From: Antedon mediterranea
Lineage: Eukaryota; Animalia; Echinodermata
NCBI RefSeq assembly: GCF_964355755.1
Contig: NC_092678.1
Span: 12,522,352 to 12,586,351, forward strand
Length of the DNA: 64,000 nt
Direction of reading: 5' to 3'
The translations under genes were made by a program, and so were the position numbers. Under the pieces are notes generated by a model. The model ran no database searches. It was not told the DNA's origin and saw only the letters and a program-made list of their open reading frames with translations. Each line of letters opens with the position of its first letter. Position 1 is the stretch's first letter. This document shows positions 1 to 14,595 of the stretch, piece by piece.

Positions 1-190
1 TCAAATAATGAACTGGGTTCTTTAAAGTACACACATGTTATAACTGTGTACACTGGACCTACGGTTTATAGTCCTTATCCGAGAAGACTTGTTCCACCAC
101 CAGAACTAGGAGCGAGTCGGCCTCGAACCCTTGCCGATGTTGTTGGCTCTTTAGGTACGGTAAACGGCGCCCCTGCCTTAACCGCTCGGC
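1..190 (-). mobile_element. tRNA-derived SINE with a MetaSINE-like central domain (3' part off window)
   Basis: On - strand: A box TGGCCGAGCGG, B box GGTTCGAGGCC, then TCTTCTCGGATAAGGACTATAAACCGTAGGTCC...TTAAAGAACCC, resembling the Meta-domain SINE core (recognised from memory). Confidence 0.7.
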
Positions 191-645
191 CATATGACTC
201 TTAATAACTCTTTGAATAAATTATCCCCAATTTGTAACATAAATGAGACAGATTTGTGGTTGTTAAATGGCATTCTTAAAATAAATAAATGTTTGTGCAC
301 AATTTGATTGATTGCAGTTGACCTTGGGTGAACTACAGTAGCATTCCAAAGCTTGAGCGGTTCTCAGCATTTTGGGTAATCTTACCGGTTTTTTTGTCCA
401 CTATACACCGCACACTGATTTACTGGTTTTTTGGGAGCACAAAATAAGCAGAAACAGTCAATATAAAAATAGGGTTGTTAAAGAGGTACTAGGAATACTG
501 TATTTGTTTCAGGAGTTACATTTTTTTTAATAGAAAATTGAACAGGGGTATGTGGATATGATAACAAAATGTATGATGTTATGTTTACCAAGTAAATAAT
601 TGATTTAATGATATTTATCAATGTAAACAATCAGGTGAAACCAAC

Positions 646-3600
646 CTTGATAAGCATTGTCAATTTCATTGTCGTTCCAAAATACTTTAATATATGCGTT
701 TACTTCCTGCTTGTCCTTAGCTGTGTAGTCATACTAAAAAGAAATGTTTCCAAAAAGCAATTAAAAGTACACTTGAATTTCACATAACATTTGGCATAAT
801 GCCAAGATGAAATGTGACATTTACAGCAAAATTATACCACAAAAACTTCCTGAAACAACAAGTTTTTGGAAGTGGAGTTGTTATCGAGAATTCTAGTGGA
901 TATGAATCAACTAACATGGAATTGGTAGCAAATCTTTATTAAGTAACAAGCTAGATACATCCATTCATTTTAAAATAATATCTCTATTAATTTTTGTTGT
1001 GGTTTTTAAAAATAGATTTAGGTCTAAGTTTAATAAATAATTATTACAGAGTAAATTTATGAATAGAAAATTAATGAAAAAACTTTATAACCACTACTGT
1101 ATCAGCAAACATAAATTTATTTACATATAGTTATAATAACTCTTTGTATATCTCTTGCTATTGAGATTAATTATCAAGCACTCTATAACAAGAGGTTTTG
1201 TAACATGTGTATGTACATGGTTAAGTTGTACCATGGACAATAGGTCCATGGTACAACTACAATGTGTCAATATTAATGTAATATATTTGTTTCATTATTC
1301 ATTTGAATGTCACTAAATGCTATTTGATATGTGTACATTTAATCCATCTGTTCAAATGTCTTGGTTGCTACTATACTTACAGTGTATTGTGAACATGTGA
1401 TATTTGCGTTTGATTCATCAACTGATGCTGGAATTCTGACGGTTTGTGCTTCAATTTCCAACTCACATTCATAGCTGTTTACCTACAATAAACAGCTCAG
1501 ACAAATAAATGAACATGTATAATCTAGGTAGGTGTATATTGGTGCTTTTCTACATTATGAAGTAAACTTTTCTACATTATTAAACTTAAACAATTCTAAA
1601 TTAATACCCTACTGTATCTCTTGCGGGAATTGTTTCCTGGAACCTTAAAGTAGACGGAAATCTCACACACATCTCACTACTACGCTTCAACTTCCTTTAA
1701 TTATTTTATAATTAAGTTATTTATATAATATTGTGAACCATGGCTAATTAGCATATTGCATGGTACTCCTGTGATTAAGTAACAACTCTGTATTTAATGC
1801 ACAGTGTGCTATTGTTCGCTCTCTGTTCGCTCACGGCTGGCATTGAGCTTATATGTATATGTTAACGCCAATATATGGTTTTCTGAGATTTAGTTGTTGT
1901 CTGGCCATCTTACTCTAACAATATTCATTGCAAACTAAAAGTATCAAAACTTCATTAATATAGTACTTAATCTACAAATTCATTGAAGTTTTTAGTAGTG
2001 CACTTTTACCAGCTGATAAGTTTTATAAAAAGAATTTAAGTGCAAATTGCCTGCTATAAAACAGGAAGAAAGTTTAAATAACTTAGTCTGTCAATGGGTA
2101 AAACTTCTTTTCCATTCACATCTTGAATGGAATATAAACATTGAATGGAATAACATTATTGGTCAGTTGAAATCAGTATTATCATGACTGTACAGCAGTA
2201 CAACTCAAGAGTTGAAAAAAAGTTTATTTGTGGAAAGTGAAAAGTTTTAATTCTCAATAAATGAATGAATTAAAGTTCAGTTTATTTCAGTGTAAATTAT
2301 CATGGAGGAAATAAATTATGAATTCTTTCATAAAATTATCAACTTTAAATCATGTTTACCTTTGTAGCATTTGGTAAATTCATAATTGGTATTCTGACTT
2401 CTTTCTGTATATTTGCATGAATAAGTTCCTCATTTGGTTGATAAATTTGTGGACATGACCCTTGACCTTGAAAACCATTTGGTGGTGATGCTGCCTACAT
2501 ATTTAAACAATAGCTTATAAGTGATATTATAACAATAATTATAACATTTTGGATGCAATAATTACATAGATAATTTATCTGTTTGTTCTTCACACCGATA
2601 ACTGTAGAGGATCTAATGGAAACTGTTAATACGAACCATGGTAACTACTGTAAATTACCGACAAATATCACTACAATATAAAGAATACTCCATTATTCTT
2701 ACTAGTTCTATATCTGGCACCTAATGTTCCATCTGCATAGATTAAAGTATCTTGCCTCAGGACACAAGGCATGTATCAGCCACCTCCTAATATAATTCCC
2801 ATCAGCGTCATACTGTAAACTGAGCAACTCATTCGCACCTTAACAACCCCTTCCAAAAACAATTAGCCAACCATGTTGTCTCAAAAAGTGCTTAATTGAG
2901 CAATAGAAGTAGTGGCGTATCCAGGATTTTGAAGTTGGGGGGGGCCAGGAATTGCCAATTTGCCGACAAAATTGGTGTCATTATCTGTACATACACGACG
3001 TCTCTGATATGTTCTAGGATTACATAGTCATATTGTCTTATATGGGATAACGATGCAAAATTAAAACCAAACCAACATTATCTGTTAGTATGTTGTATTC
3101 ATATTACAATAAAGAAAGAATTAGGAAAATCTGATTTGTAGTTTTCGAAATATAGGGTCTAAAACATCGCCGAAAATGATCGTTTTTAGCCATGAAAGAA
3201 GTAAAACAATTTGCGGCCTCAGTTGATAATTCTATTAACTACGCCATTTTTGGTTAAAATAATTACATATAATTACGTTTTTTAGTAATTTATTTTATAT
3301 ATCACCATTGGAAATATCAATAAAACATGTTATTAAATGCTTATAAAATATATAAAGTTGTTTACTTAACGGAATTCGGACAAATTCATTGCTCTAACTT
3401 TGTGTAGTAACGATCAGAGAGATTCATGGTACACGCGCGAGACAAAACATTCCGCTGCGGGTGATTCGCATCCACCAATCAAATCAGCTAGAATCCTAAA
3501 TCATTCAACCGTGAGCAATGCCTATCGCGAGAAAGCTCAGCTTTGATTGGCTTACGATGACATCATATCACAAAATGGTGGTTTTGTAGTTGAGCCTCAC

Positions 3601-6600
3601 GGAATATTCTGTTCCAAAAATGAAATACATGGATATTTTTTATGGTATATGTGCTTTTTCTTTAAAAATTTTGAATAATAAAGGCCTCATATTGAGAAAA
3701 AAAAAACGGGTTTTTGGCACTTATAATAAATATATCTTAGACAAAAAAGCACATGGCATGTGGAACTATATAATCTCTTAGCGTAGGAAGACATACAAAT
3801 CCCAGGTCATGAGAGGCTCAACTGCATGCAAAAACAAGGTTTTAGGGTAAGGTCAATTAAAGACTTTTGAGTAAACAATCTACCGCGTACGGCCGTACGT
3901 ACGTGCTACACATTTTTTACGTGTTTCGTTAGATGTAATGAAAATAAAAAATAGTTGATCTGAAGGGATCAATGATGATATGATATGTAAATAAACAAAC
4001 ACTCAAAAGAATTATGTTTACAGTTAAATTATTGTCAGAATAAATAGTTTATTTTTTTCCCCGGCACCTTTGTTTGCCGACGGCCGCGATGATGTGCCGA
4101 CGGAAACGAAATCAGGGGGGCCCCGGGCCCCCCGGCCCCCCTACTGGATACGCCACTGAATAGAAGTTCAGCTTCCATTTGATTATACAGAACAAAAACG
4201 GAAAAAAAGTCATAATTACTTACGTTTCCATTAAAAATAATTTTGTCGTTTGCTGTGCACAATGTTGATGCATTATGGGTACATTTGTTGTCGTAGACAC
4301 ACCAATCACAAGTAAAGCTTGTAACACATTCAGAACAACTGCAGTATTGAGAATAAAAACAAAACAATATTGTTATCTTATAACCTTTGACACGCATGCT
4401 ACCGATATAAAGATGTTGTTATTCTAATAAAGATAATTATTAAATCATATACTTCATCATTTTTTTATGCAAAAATGAGGGCCACTATGTTTTAACACTG
4501 CAGCCAACTCCTATCACTGAATTAATATAAGTTGATCTATTTCATTGTATTTGATAATTCTAAACAGAAATGCATCCAGTAGTAATTTGTTGATTGTAGA
4601 GGTAATGGTCTGACCATTGCAAACGCATCATGGATTGCTAAAGTTTAAATTCTTCTCAATTTCATGAATCCAATTCATTCATTTTTGCATATTTGTTTGT
4701 TTTTTGTAAGGAGACCTTTTTTAGGTCCTGATAGTGTCCCAGGGGGTCTACTGTATACTATTTAGATTATATTGTTAATTGGAAATTAACCACTGGAATC
4801 AGTTGATACATTTAGGACCAGGTTATAATACTTGTTAAAATCAAAATACAGTAACTCACTGAGTTCAGAGTTGATAGAGCACTATGACTCTGTGAGTTTG
4901 TTATATTGAATAAAAGTACAGTTTTTGGTAAAAATGTAAGAACACAATTGTCCCACACCAACTTCCCTTTGATTCAAAAGAACCTAAATTTAGGTAAACT
5001 TATTGTTGAAATAAAATTCAATAAACAATACAGAAAACTTTAACAACAGAATCAAATCCTTGATGACTTAATAGAGAGGTTTACAGTTCTGGTTTCAGTG
5101 ACAGCAAGTCAGAGGCTGACAAGTTAATACCAAGAAACAGTAAAAGCAAACATTGTTGTATTTCGTATGCTTGATTAAATAACCTGATTAATAAAGTATG
5201 TGAATGAATGGCATTAAAGCATACTTGACTGCACAGGCAAGTCAAGCAAATGCTGTCAAATGGTTGATTAAGATTGCATATAATTATACCATGGAACTTC
5301 CTGGTCACTTATAATTAGCCTAGGTATGTCCATATGCCTGTTCGACATCATGTTACATTTTCTGTGAGGGTTGTAAAGATCATTCAGGAAAGCAATCATC
5401 CTTACAAACCTATACATTTACCAGGCTTAATACTATCTACTCCAAATAACACAAATAATAACTTAACTTAATTCAACAATAATAATCAAATGAATCTTTT
5501 GAATCAAGTTCAATTATCAAAACCCTAACACTGAACAAACTCTCAGTCTCAGTAACTGTTTTTTTTAAAACACAGATAAGAGTACCACTCTCAACAGTTA
5601 TGTTTTAAATTATACAGTTTTCTCTTACACTCTAAACTAAATTCCTTCAAGTAGTTTATGATTTATGACATGCAAATACAGTCAACTTTCCTGTCAGTAA
5701 AAATTAGAAACTAAGCTGTCAAAATAATAATATTCTTAAGAATCCAAAAGTTCTGGATATTTGTTTGAAAACCTTAGTGTGCTCTAAGACATTGCACTGC
5801 TTTTAAAAAGCCACCAGATATTTATTTTGTTCTGATCTCTGAAGACTTTGGACCAACCCAAGACAAGAGTCTGATTGATAATATTTGAATTTTCAAAAAA
5901 TACTTAAATAACAAAGATAAATAAAAAAAAAAGTGTTATCTAATCTATAATAAACATGTAACTGATGAGTTGATTGTCTTGAAAGGAAGATATATTGGTT
6001 AATTTGGCTGAACTATCTGATTACAAATAAGGAAGTATTAAACAACAATGATGATTCAGTGTTGACACATTATGGTTTTTAATATTTGACAGTGTTTATT
6101 CATTTCCTCACAGCTATCAATATTTGCTATCATGGTCCCAATATAAAATCAATTTGAAGGAGCCAATCTTGTATGCATTGAAAATGTGTGTACAGTACAG
6201 TATTACACAATTACAACTGTCCCATTACAACAATTATCAATATATTATATTATGTATTTGATTTCCTTATGTATTTAAAGATGACAGTGAGATTATAACA
6301 AATTATGTACATTGCAGCAACCTGGTACAGTAGAAACTAATTGTTCCTTTCCTTAAAATAATATGTCACTTGAATTTCAGATCCTTTTATTTCGTTATTA
6401 CCTTTAGAAAATATGTGTTTACATTAAAAATTTGAAAGTTAAAGTAGTGAAATTTATTATTACACATGCTTTAGTCAATTCAGTCACAACAATCAGTACT
6501 TACAAAGTAATGGCACTGCAGTCAAAGAATGTGAAGTCAGTGGAAACAAAATCAACATCAGTTACGGATGAGTGAACTGATAAAATAACATCTAAAAAAG

Positions 6601-9600
6601 CTGTAATCAAATTATTTAAAGGTTAGCTACTGTGTAGGCCTAGACCTTAATTTCAAATGCATTTCACGGGTAAATACAAAATAATTGAAAATTAAATACA
6701 AAAATCTTTACAAAAAAACCTAAGTAAATGTAATATTTAATTACTTTTTTTTTCCCGAGGTAGATAGGTTTAAATACTTGGTGCAAATGTCTCCCAAAAA
6801 ATGTGATGTGTCCATATGGAGACGATGATGTGATATCACTACCATATTTCGGCATATCACTACCATATTTGTTTTGCTAATCTAGTTTCATAGTGTAGAC
6901 AGAGCTTAAGTTGGTTGAAACAAGGGTCAATTTGGGGGATCCCCCTTTGTCTGCAACTGTACAGTTTGACTGCATGATTTCTGTACTCATAGTGTGTGCT
7001 AAACCTATTTCCTCATGAGCTTTTAATAGTATACACCTCCTACTGAGGGGAATGCATACCATGTGTGAAATACTAGTACAGCCACTGCTACAGTTACATT
7101 AAATAAAGATAAATAAAACAGAAAGTAAAGCATATTAGCATAAATGCTAACTCACATTGGCTGGTTGGTATTTGTGGCACATGTGATAAAGGCGGTGAAT
7201 TACAAGTCAATGTTTCTCCATTTTTTATTGCAGATGATTGAAAGTCACCAAATTTACAATTATAATTTTGGTTGATTTTTAAAGAAGGAAGTTGCTCAAC
7301 AGTTAGAGAAATCTATGAATAAAAACATTTAAGCTATTGGAGTTGCATACATATTAAAACTTGTTATTATATAAATGGATAATTCCCTTTGTGAACAAGC
7401 ATCACAAGCCAGATGTACACTGGATCTCCAGCCCGTTTTGAGTCCAGAATTATTATGGCCGAGGAGTGGCCTGAACCCTATTATAGATGTGCCGATAATA
7501 TAGATATAGTTTGTACTAGTACCCCTGCCTTAGTAGTGCTTAAATTCTCAAGCTAATGGCAACATTATTTATTTTAAAAATATTACAAGCCTAGAAAACA
7601 AATTTAATAAATTATTCTCGGGATTATTCTTCACAACTCACGCTGATATTTTCAAAAGTTTGAGGAATAAAAGGTGGTTGAACACTGCTAATCTCTACGC
7701 ATTGTGCACTGTTGCTTGGCAACCAGGGAGACTGTTGGCATTCTTTAAATCTGGTACATCTAAAATAAAAAAAGACAAATGTAAGTGCTATCTGCACTAA
7801 AGAACATTTAAATTCTTTATTTGTATTCAGATTTACTGTTGTATTAAAAAAAATATTGAAGAAATAATTAAGCATGAAATAATTTAGCCTTTAGACAGTA
7901 AACTAATTTCTAACATTTATTTTAATAGTTTTTATTTTGCAAAAATATCTGAAAAAGTTAAAAAAAACACAAAAAAAAATCTCCTAATAATTTTTCAAAT
8001 GCATCAGGAAAAGACAAAATAATAATTTGGGATTGAAAAAACAAAAGAAAAATAACTCTATGTACTTTTTGTGTAGTGTACACCATCCACAATAAGGATC
8101 TGCATCTAGTTTACCTGGTCTGATACACTCATCACATGTGATAAACTGACTGCAGTTTGCAACTTGTAGCTTGACCAACTAATATGATAATTGTATTAAA
8201 AAAAAGAAACATTAAGACACAATATATAAATTAAAAACCTATCACAAATTTACCATTAACATTTTCTTAGGATACAATTGAATGGTATTTGTAAAAGTTA
8301 GTAGGAAATATTTTATAAACTAATTTGAAATTAGGGGCAGATTGCTATAAGATAAGATAATAAGATTTATAAAGCGCACATATCCACAAAGTGCTCAAGA
8401 CGGTCTAAAAATGCTTAGACGGCTATAATTCGTAACGTAGCAAGTAGTCTTTATTATAGACATTGCTATACTGCGGTTTAACCTCTAAGGGGTCTTTAAA
8501 ATTAAAGCCTATTCAAAGGAGTCTTAAAAACAGCCTTAAACCTCTCTTTTTGTTGCTTTTTTTACATATTAGTTATCATTAAAGACAACAAATTGAACGA
8601 GTTTTAAGTGTTAAATCACTTAATAACAGCGATTTTATTCTTATATAGGCCTAGAATAGATTTTCTCGCGTAGAAATGTACGTACTGTTATTGCGATTTG
8701 AACAAGCGTGACGAACATTACCTTATTTGGTGCTCTACGTGTAAAGTACGCCCTCAATTTGTTCTTTACACGGTCTTAGCTAAGACTGTTTTATAACAAT
8801 GGTCTAACAGGGGTGGCTTTAGTAAGACCATCTATCTGATAAAGCCGACTTTAATCGGGGAGTTAAGACCATCAGTTGAGAGTGTTTTATAGCAATCTGC
8901 CCTTGAAGGGGTTTACGTTAAATTAAAAAAACCTAGTCCTTATTTGTGTGAACAATTTTATCTGGTTTCTATGTGAAATAAATTCAAGTTTGTAGATAGA
9001 TTAGTAGTAAACCAGTGTAGTTGCTAGCTGGATGAATCTATCTACGAACTTCTGGTGCGGATCCAGACATTTTTGAGAGGGGGGGTCCGCCGATAAAAAG
9101 GGCACATCAGATATTGAGTATTTGAGCCACAGCCCCCCCATGGTGGGGGTTGTGGCGAAGCGAATTTTGTTACAGGACACACTTAGATGGCCGGAAATGG
9201 CACTCTCGCACGCAAAATCCATGATAAATGGCACCTTTCTAGTTCGCCAGAAATGACACTTTATTAGCAGAATTAAAAGTTGTTATTTTTCAACCAATTT
9301 AAACATTATCTGTTGGTATTTTGTTTCAATATTCCAATAAAGAAAGAATTACAAAAATCTGACTTTTCGAAATATAGGGTCTAAAACATTGCCGAAAATG
9401 ATCGTTTTTAGCCACGAACGTTGTAAACAAATTGCGCCATTTTTCGCTAAAATAATTACATATAATTACGTTTTATATTAATTTCTTTTATATATCAACA
9501 TTGGAAATATCAATAAAATATGTTATTAAATGTTTATAAAATATATAGAGTTGTTTATTTAACGGAATTCGTACAAATTCATTGCTCTAAATTTGTGTAG

Positions 9601-12600
9601 AGTACCGTTCAGTACAGAGAGATCACGTGACTTCTTGGTACACGCGCGCGAGAGAAAACATTCCGCTGTGGGTGATTCGTGTCCACCAATCCAAAACAGC
9701 CAGATTCCAAAATCATTCAACCGTGAGCTCTGCCGCCGATCGCGGGAAAGCTCAGCTTTGATTGGCTTATGATGACATCATATCACAAAATGGTGGTTTT
9801 GTAGTTGAGCCTCACGTAATTTTCACAAATATTGTTTCAAAAATGAAATAAATGAACCTTCTTTATGGTATGTGTGATTTTTCTTTAAAAGATTTGAATA
9901 ATAAAGGCTTCATATCGAGAAAAAAACATTTTTTTGGCACTTATAATAAATATTTCTCAGAGAAAAAAGCACATGGCTTGTAGAACTATATTATCTTGGC
10001 GTAGGAAGACAAACAAATCCCAGGTCATGAGAGGCTCAACTACAAAAACAAGGTTGAATAGTATAGTGTAAGGACCGTTCGATGATTTTTGAGTAAACAA
10101 TCTACCACGTATGGTCGTACGCGGTAGATAGTACGATATTTTAACTACATTTTTTACATGTTTGGTTGGATGTAATGGAAATAAAAAATAGTTGATCTGA
10201 TGGAATGATATGTAAATAAACAAATACTAAAAAGAATTATGTTTACAGTTCAATTATTTTCAGAATAATAATACATAAAAATGTGTTTACCAATGGACAA
10301 ATAATCGCGTCAATGACAGAGCGCGCATGGTAACGTACGCGGAGTTGAATCGTAAAAAGTTTACATGCGCCCTCTGTAGTATGCGAAACGATCTATTTTT
10401 AGAAGTTTAAGTAGAGATCATCACGCATCACCACCTCTCACAATGCTCTTTGATCGGCCGCCGTAACTTAACATTGCGCTCATTGTGATAAATTTCTGTT
10501 TTTATTTTTGGGGTTAGTGTAGCTTACTCTGTGCATACTAATATACACACAAATATGTCACACGAATAAAATATTGAACCTCTAAAAAAAGGGCACCCTT
10601 AAAATTTAGAGGGGGTCCGGACCCCGTGGACCCCCCCTCTGGATCCGCCCCAGAACTTTGAATATTATAGTTCTTCTTATAGGGTTAAAGACATCAGACA
10701 AGTATTAAAATAAAAAAAAAATGGAGATGGACAGTACACCTCGCCAGAACGAACAACAATGAATGGACTCCAAAAGGGGACACAAGGTGCCAAAAACAAG
10801 ATGGAGGGTTGATACTGTATGCAGCATTTGCTCACATATCCTGAATGAGAGCTGCACATGACAGGAACAAACAGGTTAGCTGGGAGAGGCCTTTGCCCTG
10901 CAGTGGGCAGACAATGGCTGAAATGATGATCTCCGTTCTTGTACAACAAAGGAAATATAAACATATTATTAGAATAAACTAACCTTTTTTGCTGTGAGTG
11001 CTATTATATAATTAGATGTTTCATCTATAAATGTGTCTGACCTGACCTCTTGACCCGTATCTATGGTGACAGTCTCATACACTCTAGATGATGTTTTGTT
11101 GGTTAACTCGGCCTGAAAAATTGGAAAACATAACATTAAATTAATTTAAGACATAGTTCATTCAAACATAATTTCTACATTTAAGCAGTGTTAAAACTAA
11201 CCACAATTAGTGACAGAATGTTAGTTTAGTAGAACAACTTGTGAAAAAATGCTGCTGACAAATATGTCATGTCTCTGTACCTATCTTAAGTCTTAATCAC
11301 CAGTCTTTCAGGTTTTTCTAAATTGATAATTCATAGTAGTTTTTATATAAACCATTGTCGCGTACAGTATTAATTTTATACTAACCATAATAAGTTGTCC
11401 ATTATCTGTGCCTATGAAAGCTATTGTTTGATTCTCTTCAATTGCTGTAGTAACTGATGTCAGTATTTTATCATTAACTGTTAGCAATGCATCTGATACT
11501 GCTGCTTCTGTGTAGGTACCTTGGGAATAACGTCTGTATAGTTGCCTAGCATCATTTGGTGGACACATCAATGACTCAACAATAGCAGCATCAAAACCTA
11601 ATGTCTTTATTAAATTAACGATAACAATGTAAATATTCAAACACACAAACAAATTTTAAAATAGTCTTGACTAAATACTATGGCCATGATCATCAAGACA
11701 ATTTTGGGAAAGTTGGAGACTTAGTACTACCTGTACTAGGAGCAAATATAAACTGTGTTTATTCAACACATTAACACTTTTCACGTCATTGTACTCTTAG
11801 TAGGCACTAGCTGTACATACAGGTACAGTAACAAATAAGATGGACATAATTTACAATTGTATTGTATACAGTATAAACAATGTCATTAAATACGTTTTAC
11901 AAACAAATATAATATCATACTTGGGGACAATATGCATCATGATCATCATCCTCATTAATATCAGCATAATCTAGAGTATGAGCATAATTATGGACATTTA
12001 TACATCCATTTAATGCTTTGAAGAATGCATCTTCTATATCATTCCATTTGTAAATACACAATGCAGATTGTCCAGTGGCAACTCCACTTCCATCACCTTT
12101 AGAAAATACTCCATACAAGACATTATCTCCAGCTTGTAGGCCTAGTGAGGTAGCTAACTCAGCTCCTACAGGACCCACAGACATGTCTTGTACCAAGTTG
12201 TAATCAACATTATTATCTACACAACGAATGTAGATCTCAGAAAATGTATGAAATGAGTTATCTTGACAAACACGACTCAGTCGAGAATGAAGGTTATCGG
12301 TATCATTGGGTCTAAAAGCAACAAAGTAAGAGTATTCTTCATAAGCAAATGCTGATTGAAATTGTATAATGTTGTTATAGGATGGTGCGATAGCATTGAA
12401 GTCGGTGTTTGGGAATACAAATAGCTGATCAGTATCAAGACGTCTTCTAGCATTAATATACATGTTGGAATACTCCACTGGATCCAATGATGTATGTCCT
12501 GATGAAACGTATAAAACATTTCTTTTTATAAAATGTTCTTTATCATCAATACCATCACCCAACACACCAGGAGCAATGATTCCCACTGCTGAAAGTTTAC

Positions 12601-12991
12601 TCACTATTCCATCTTTTATATCACTTCCATCAAAAGTTAAATCCATAAGAGATCTTCTTTCACATCTTCCATTATTTCCTCCTCCACACGTGATTAATCT
12701 TTCATGATCATAATCAATTTCTAATATTTTGTTAATATTATCATCATCATCTGTTGAACATGTTGAAACATTAGCAATGATGTCAAAATCTTTTGACAGT
12801 CTGTACAGTGAGTTGTAGGCTCCTATGTAGATGTCTCTTGTTGTACTATGTATTTTTATATGGTGCAGATCTTCATTTTCATGAGGTTTAAATTCGAGTA
12901 ACACATCATTGTCGAATGCTTGGATGGCTAACAAAAATGTTATAGAATATAGCAGAAATGCAGAAATGTTTAACAATGTTGGCAAACTCAT
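646..12991 (-). CDS. Plexin-like receptor, gene A (signal peptide-Sema-PSI-IPT/TIG-PSI-TIG...), 3' incomplete
   Basis: Phase-consistent GT-AG exons: 12991-11921, 11604-11386, 11112-10984, 8178-8066, 7759-7642, 7312-7156, 6600-6504, 4338-4224, 2494-2360, 1482-1381, 733-646. Motifs: Sema (NKILEID, SRLSRVCQ, SALCIY), PSI (CSQFITCDECI..DPYCGWC; CSECV..CDWCVYDNKC), TIG-like (YNCKFG..LTCNSP; SYECEL..ITC). Confidence 0.88.
2910..4158. mobile_element. hAT-type non-autonomous element (MITE) in a gene A intron
   Basis: TIRs (T)AGTGGCGTATCCAG / CTGGATACGCCACTG. Perfect 8-bp TSD AATAGAAG at 2902-2909 and 4159-4166. Confidence 0.85.
6790..6908. mobile_element. One-ended copy of the MITE at 51905-52592
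   Basis: Ends in ATAGTGTAGACAGAGCTT and carries the ATATCACTACCATATTT motif also seen near 52520. Confidence 0.55.
8334..8903. mobile_element. PIF/Harbinger-like MITE
   Basis: TIRs GGGGCAGATTGCTATAA / TTATAGCAATCTGCCCT. Flanks TTA and TGA (imperfect 3-bp TSD). Confidence 0.65.
9052..10653. mobile_element. hAT-type non-autonomous element
   Basis: TIRs CTGGTGCGGATCCAG / CTGGATCCGCCCCAG. Degenerate TSD (GAACTT on both sides). Internal ~9300-10270 is homologous to ~3070-4040. Confidence 0.75.
10680..10932 (+). mobile_element. Decayed 3' end of an RTE-type LINE
   Basis: Translates patchily to KKWRW..HLART...GEAFALQW, typical of RTE ORF2 C-termini, and ends in a TGATGAT tail. Confidence 0.6.
11921..12991 (-). 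CDS. Large Sema-domain exon of plexin gene A (357 codons, includes signal peptide)
   Basis: ORF 11915-12991. Hydrophobic N-terminus. Acceptor ataag at 13018-13019 with 26-nt UTR. Phase-0 donor CCCCAA|gtatga. Confidence 0.92.
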
Positions 12992-14595
12992 ATTTAAAGA
13001 TGAGAGAACGTCATTACCTTATAAAAGAAAATAAAAACACACTACTGTACTTTAAAATATAAGAAATACAATGAATAACTAGAATTTAATTCGTCACTTT
13101 GACGAATTATAGGTGATCATTTTTATCATTTTAATGAAATTAATTTTTTTTAAACATGTACGTACGTTAACATACGATAGGAAAATGTTGATGTATGCCA
13201 TCCTATTATACGCTTATATTGCTGAGTTATGCCTATTATATGCCATATACAATGTACAGTATATACTGTATATCTATATACAGTGTAGCATAGGTGAAAT
13301 TATGGGACACACATCAAGTTCAAATTTTTTGGTATGATGGAATTATCAAAATAAACTCGAAGATGACAATTTCGAAAGATAATGAATTGAGCAAATAAAT
13401 ATAAGGATTGGAAGAGAATTTGACACGTAGAAGCGCAATGCGCGCTCTTTGAAATTTGTATAACTTCGACTAAAAAAATTTAAAAACTACTTTTTAACTT
13501 CAACTGGCCATATGATAACATCACAACATCCGATAGGCTTAATTTTTATATGAATTTATATCTACATTTCATCAGCTTTCATAATAAATTATAATCTTCA
13601 AGGTCACCTTTAATTCTGAGGAGCTATAAGATATTCAAATGTATGGTGTAGCTGAAATTACACGACCTAGGTTATTCAAGTTTTTACGCGTGATGACGTC
13701 ATCAAAATAAAAATGTTGACAACTTATGAGAAAGATAATTAATTGAGCAAGCACATACTAAAATGTGTGCAAAAATTGGGCTCAAATAACGGAGATGCGC
13801 TCTATTGAATGTGATAACCCACACAAAAAGATAATAATTACTAATTTTTAAATTCAAGTGGCCATTTGATGACGTCATACCATTTTGTACGTCTAATATG
13901 TATATATATTTATATCTACAACTTATTGGCTTCCATAATAAGTTAAAAAAATTGGGGGTCACCTGCCATTCTGAAGAGTTATATTCATTTTAAAAAGTCC
14001 TTATTTTTTTTACCATTTTTAGCACTTTTGTACAATTAATGTGCGCATTTTGTCATTTTTAACGTGCTCGTATAGCGTTTTTTTTAGTCGGAATGGACTC
14101 AAAGTCGGAGAATGTACTAAGGATTGTGAGTAGAATATGATGTATACATCAAATTTTATTTTTTACCCTTTTTAAAAATTGCGTGCGCAAAAATGTGTTT
14201 TTGCGCAGTAATTTTTTTAAACACGCAAATGGCCTATTTCATGCTCTAAATTGATAAAAACTAAATTTTGAGCTTTTTAAAATTTCAACGCGCGATTTCA
14301 CGCGCATGACCTTGACTCGCCCGAGTTTTTATTTGCTAATATTTTTTACCTTGTCCTCAAGTTTACGTGTAGTGATTTTCATTAATATATGATAATGAAT
14401 TATGGAGATATGATTGATGTGATTTCACAAAATGGCGTATACGTGACGTCACGGATGAGTGATCACGCTGAAAAGCTTATTAGGACTAAGTTAACGTATT
14501 TGAAAGACATTGTGAAATTTTGGTAATCATTAACATTAAACTTTTTGAGATATTTGTTACACAAAATCTGTACAGAGAGAAATAAATAATAAGAA

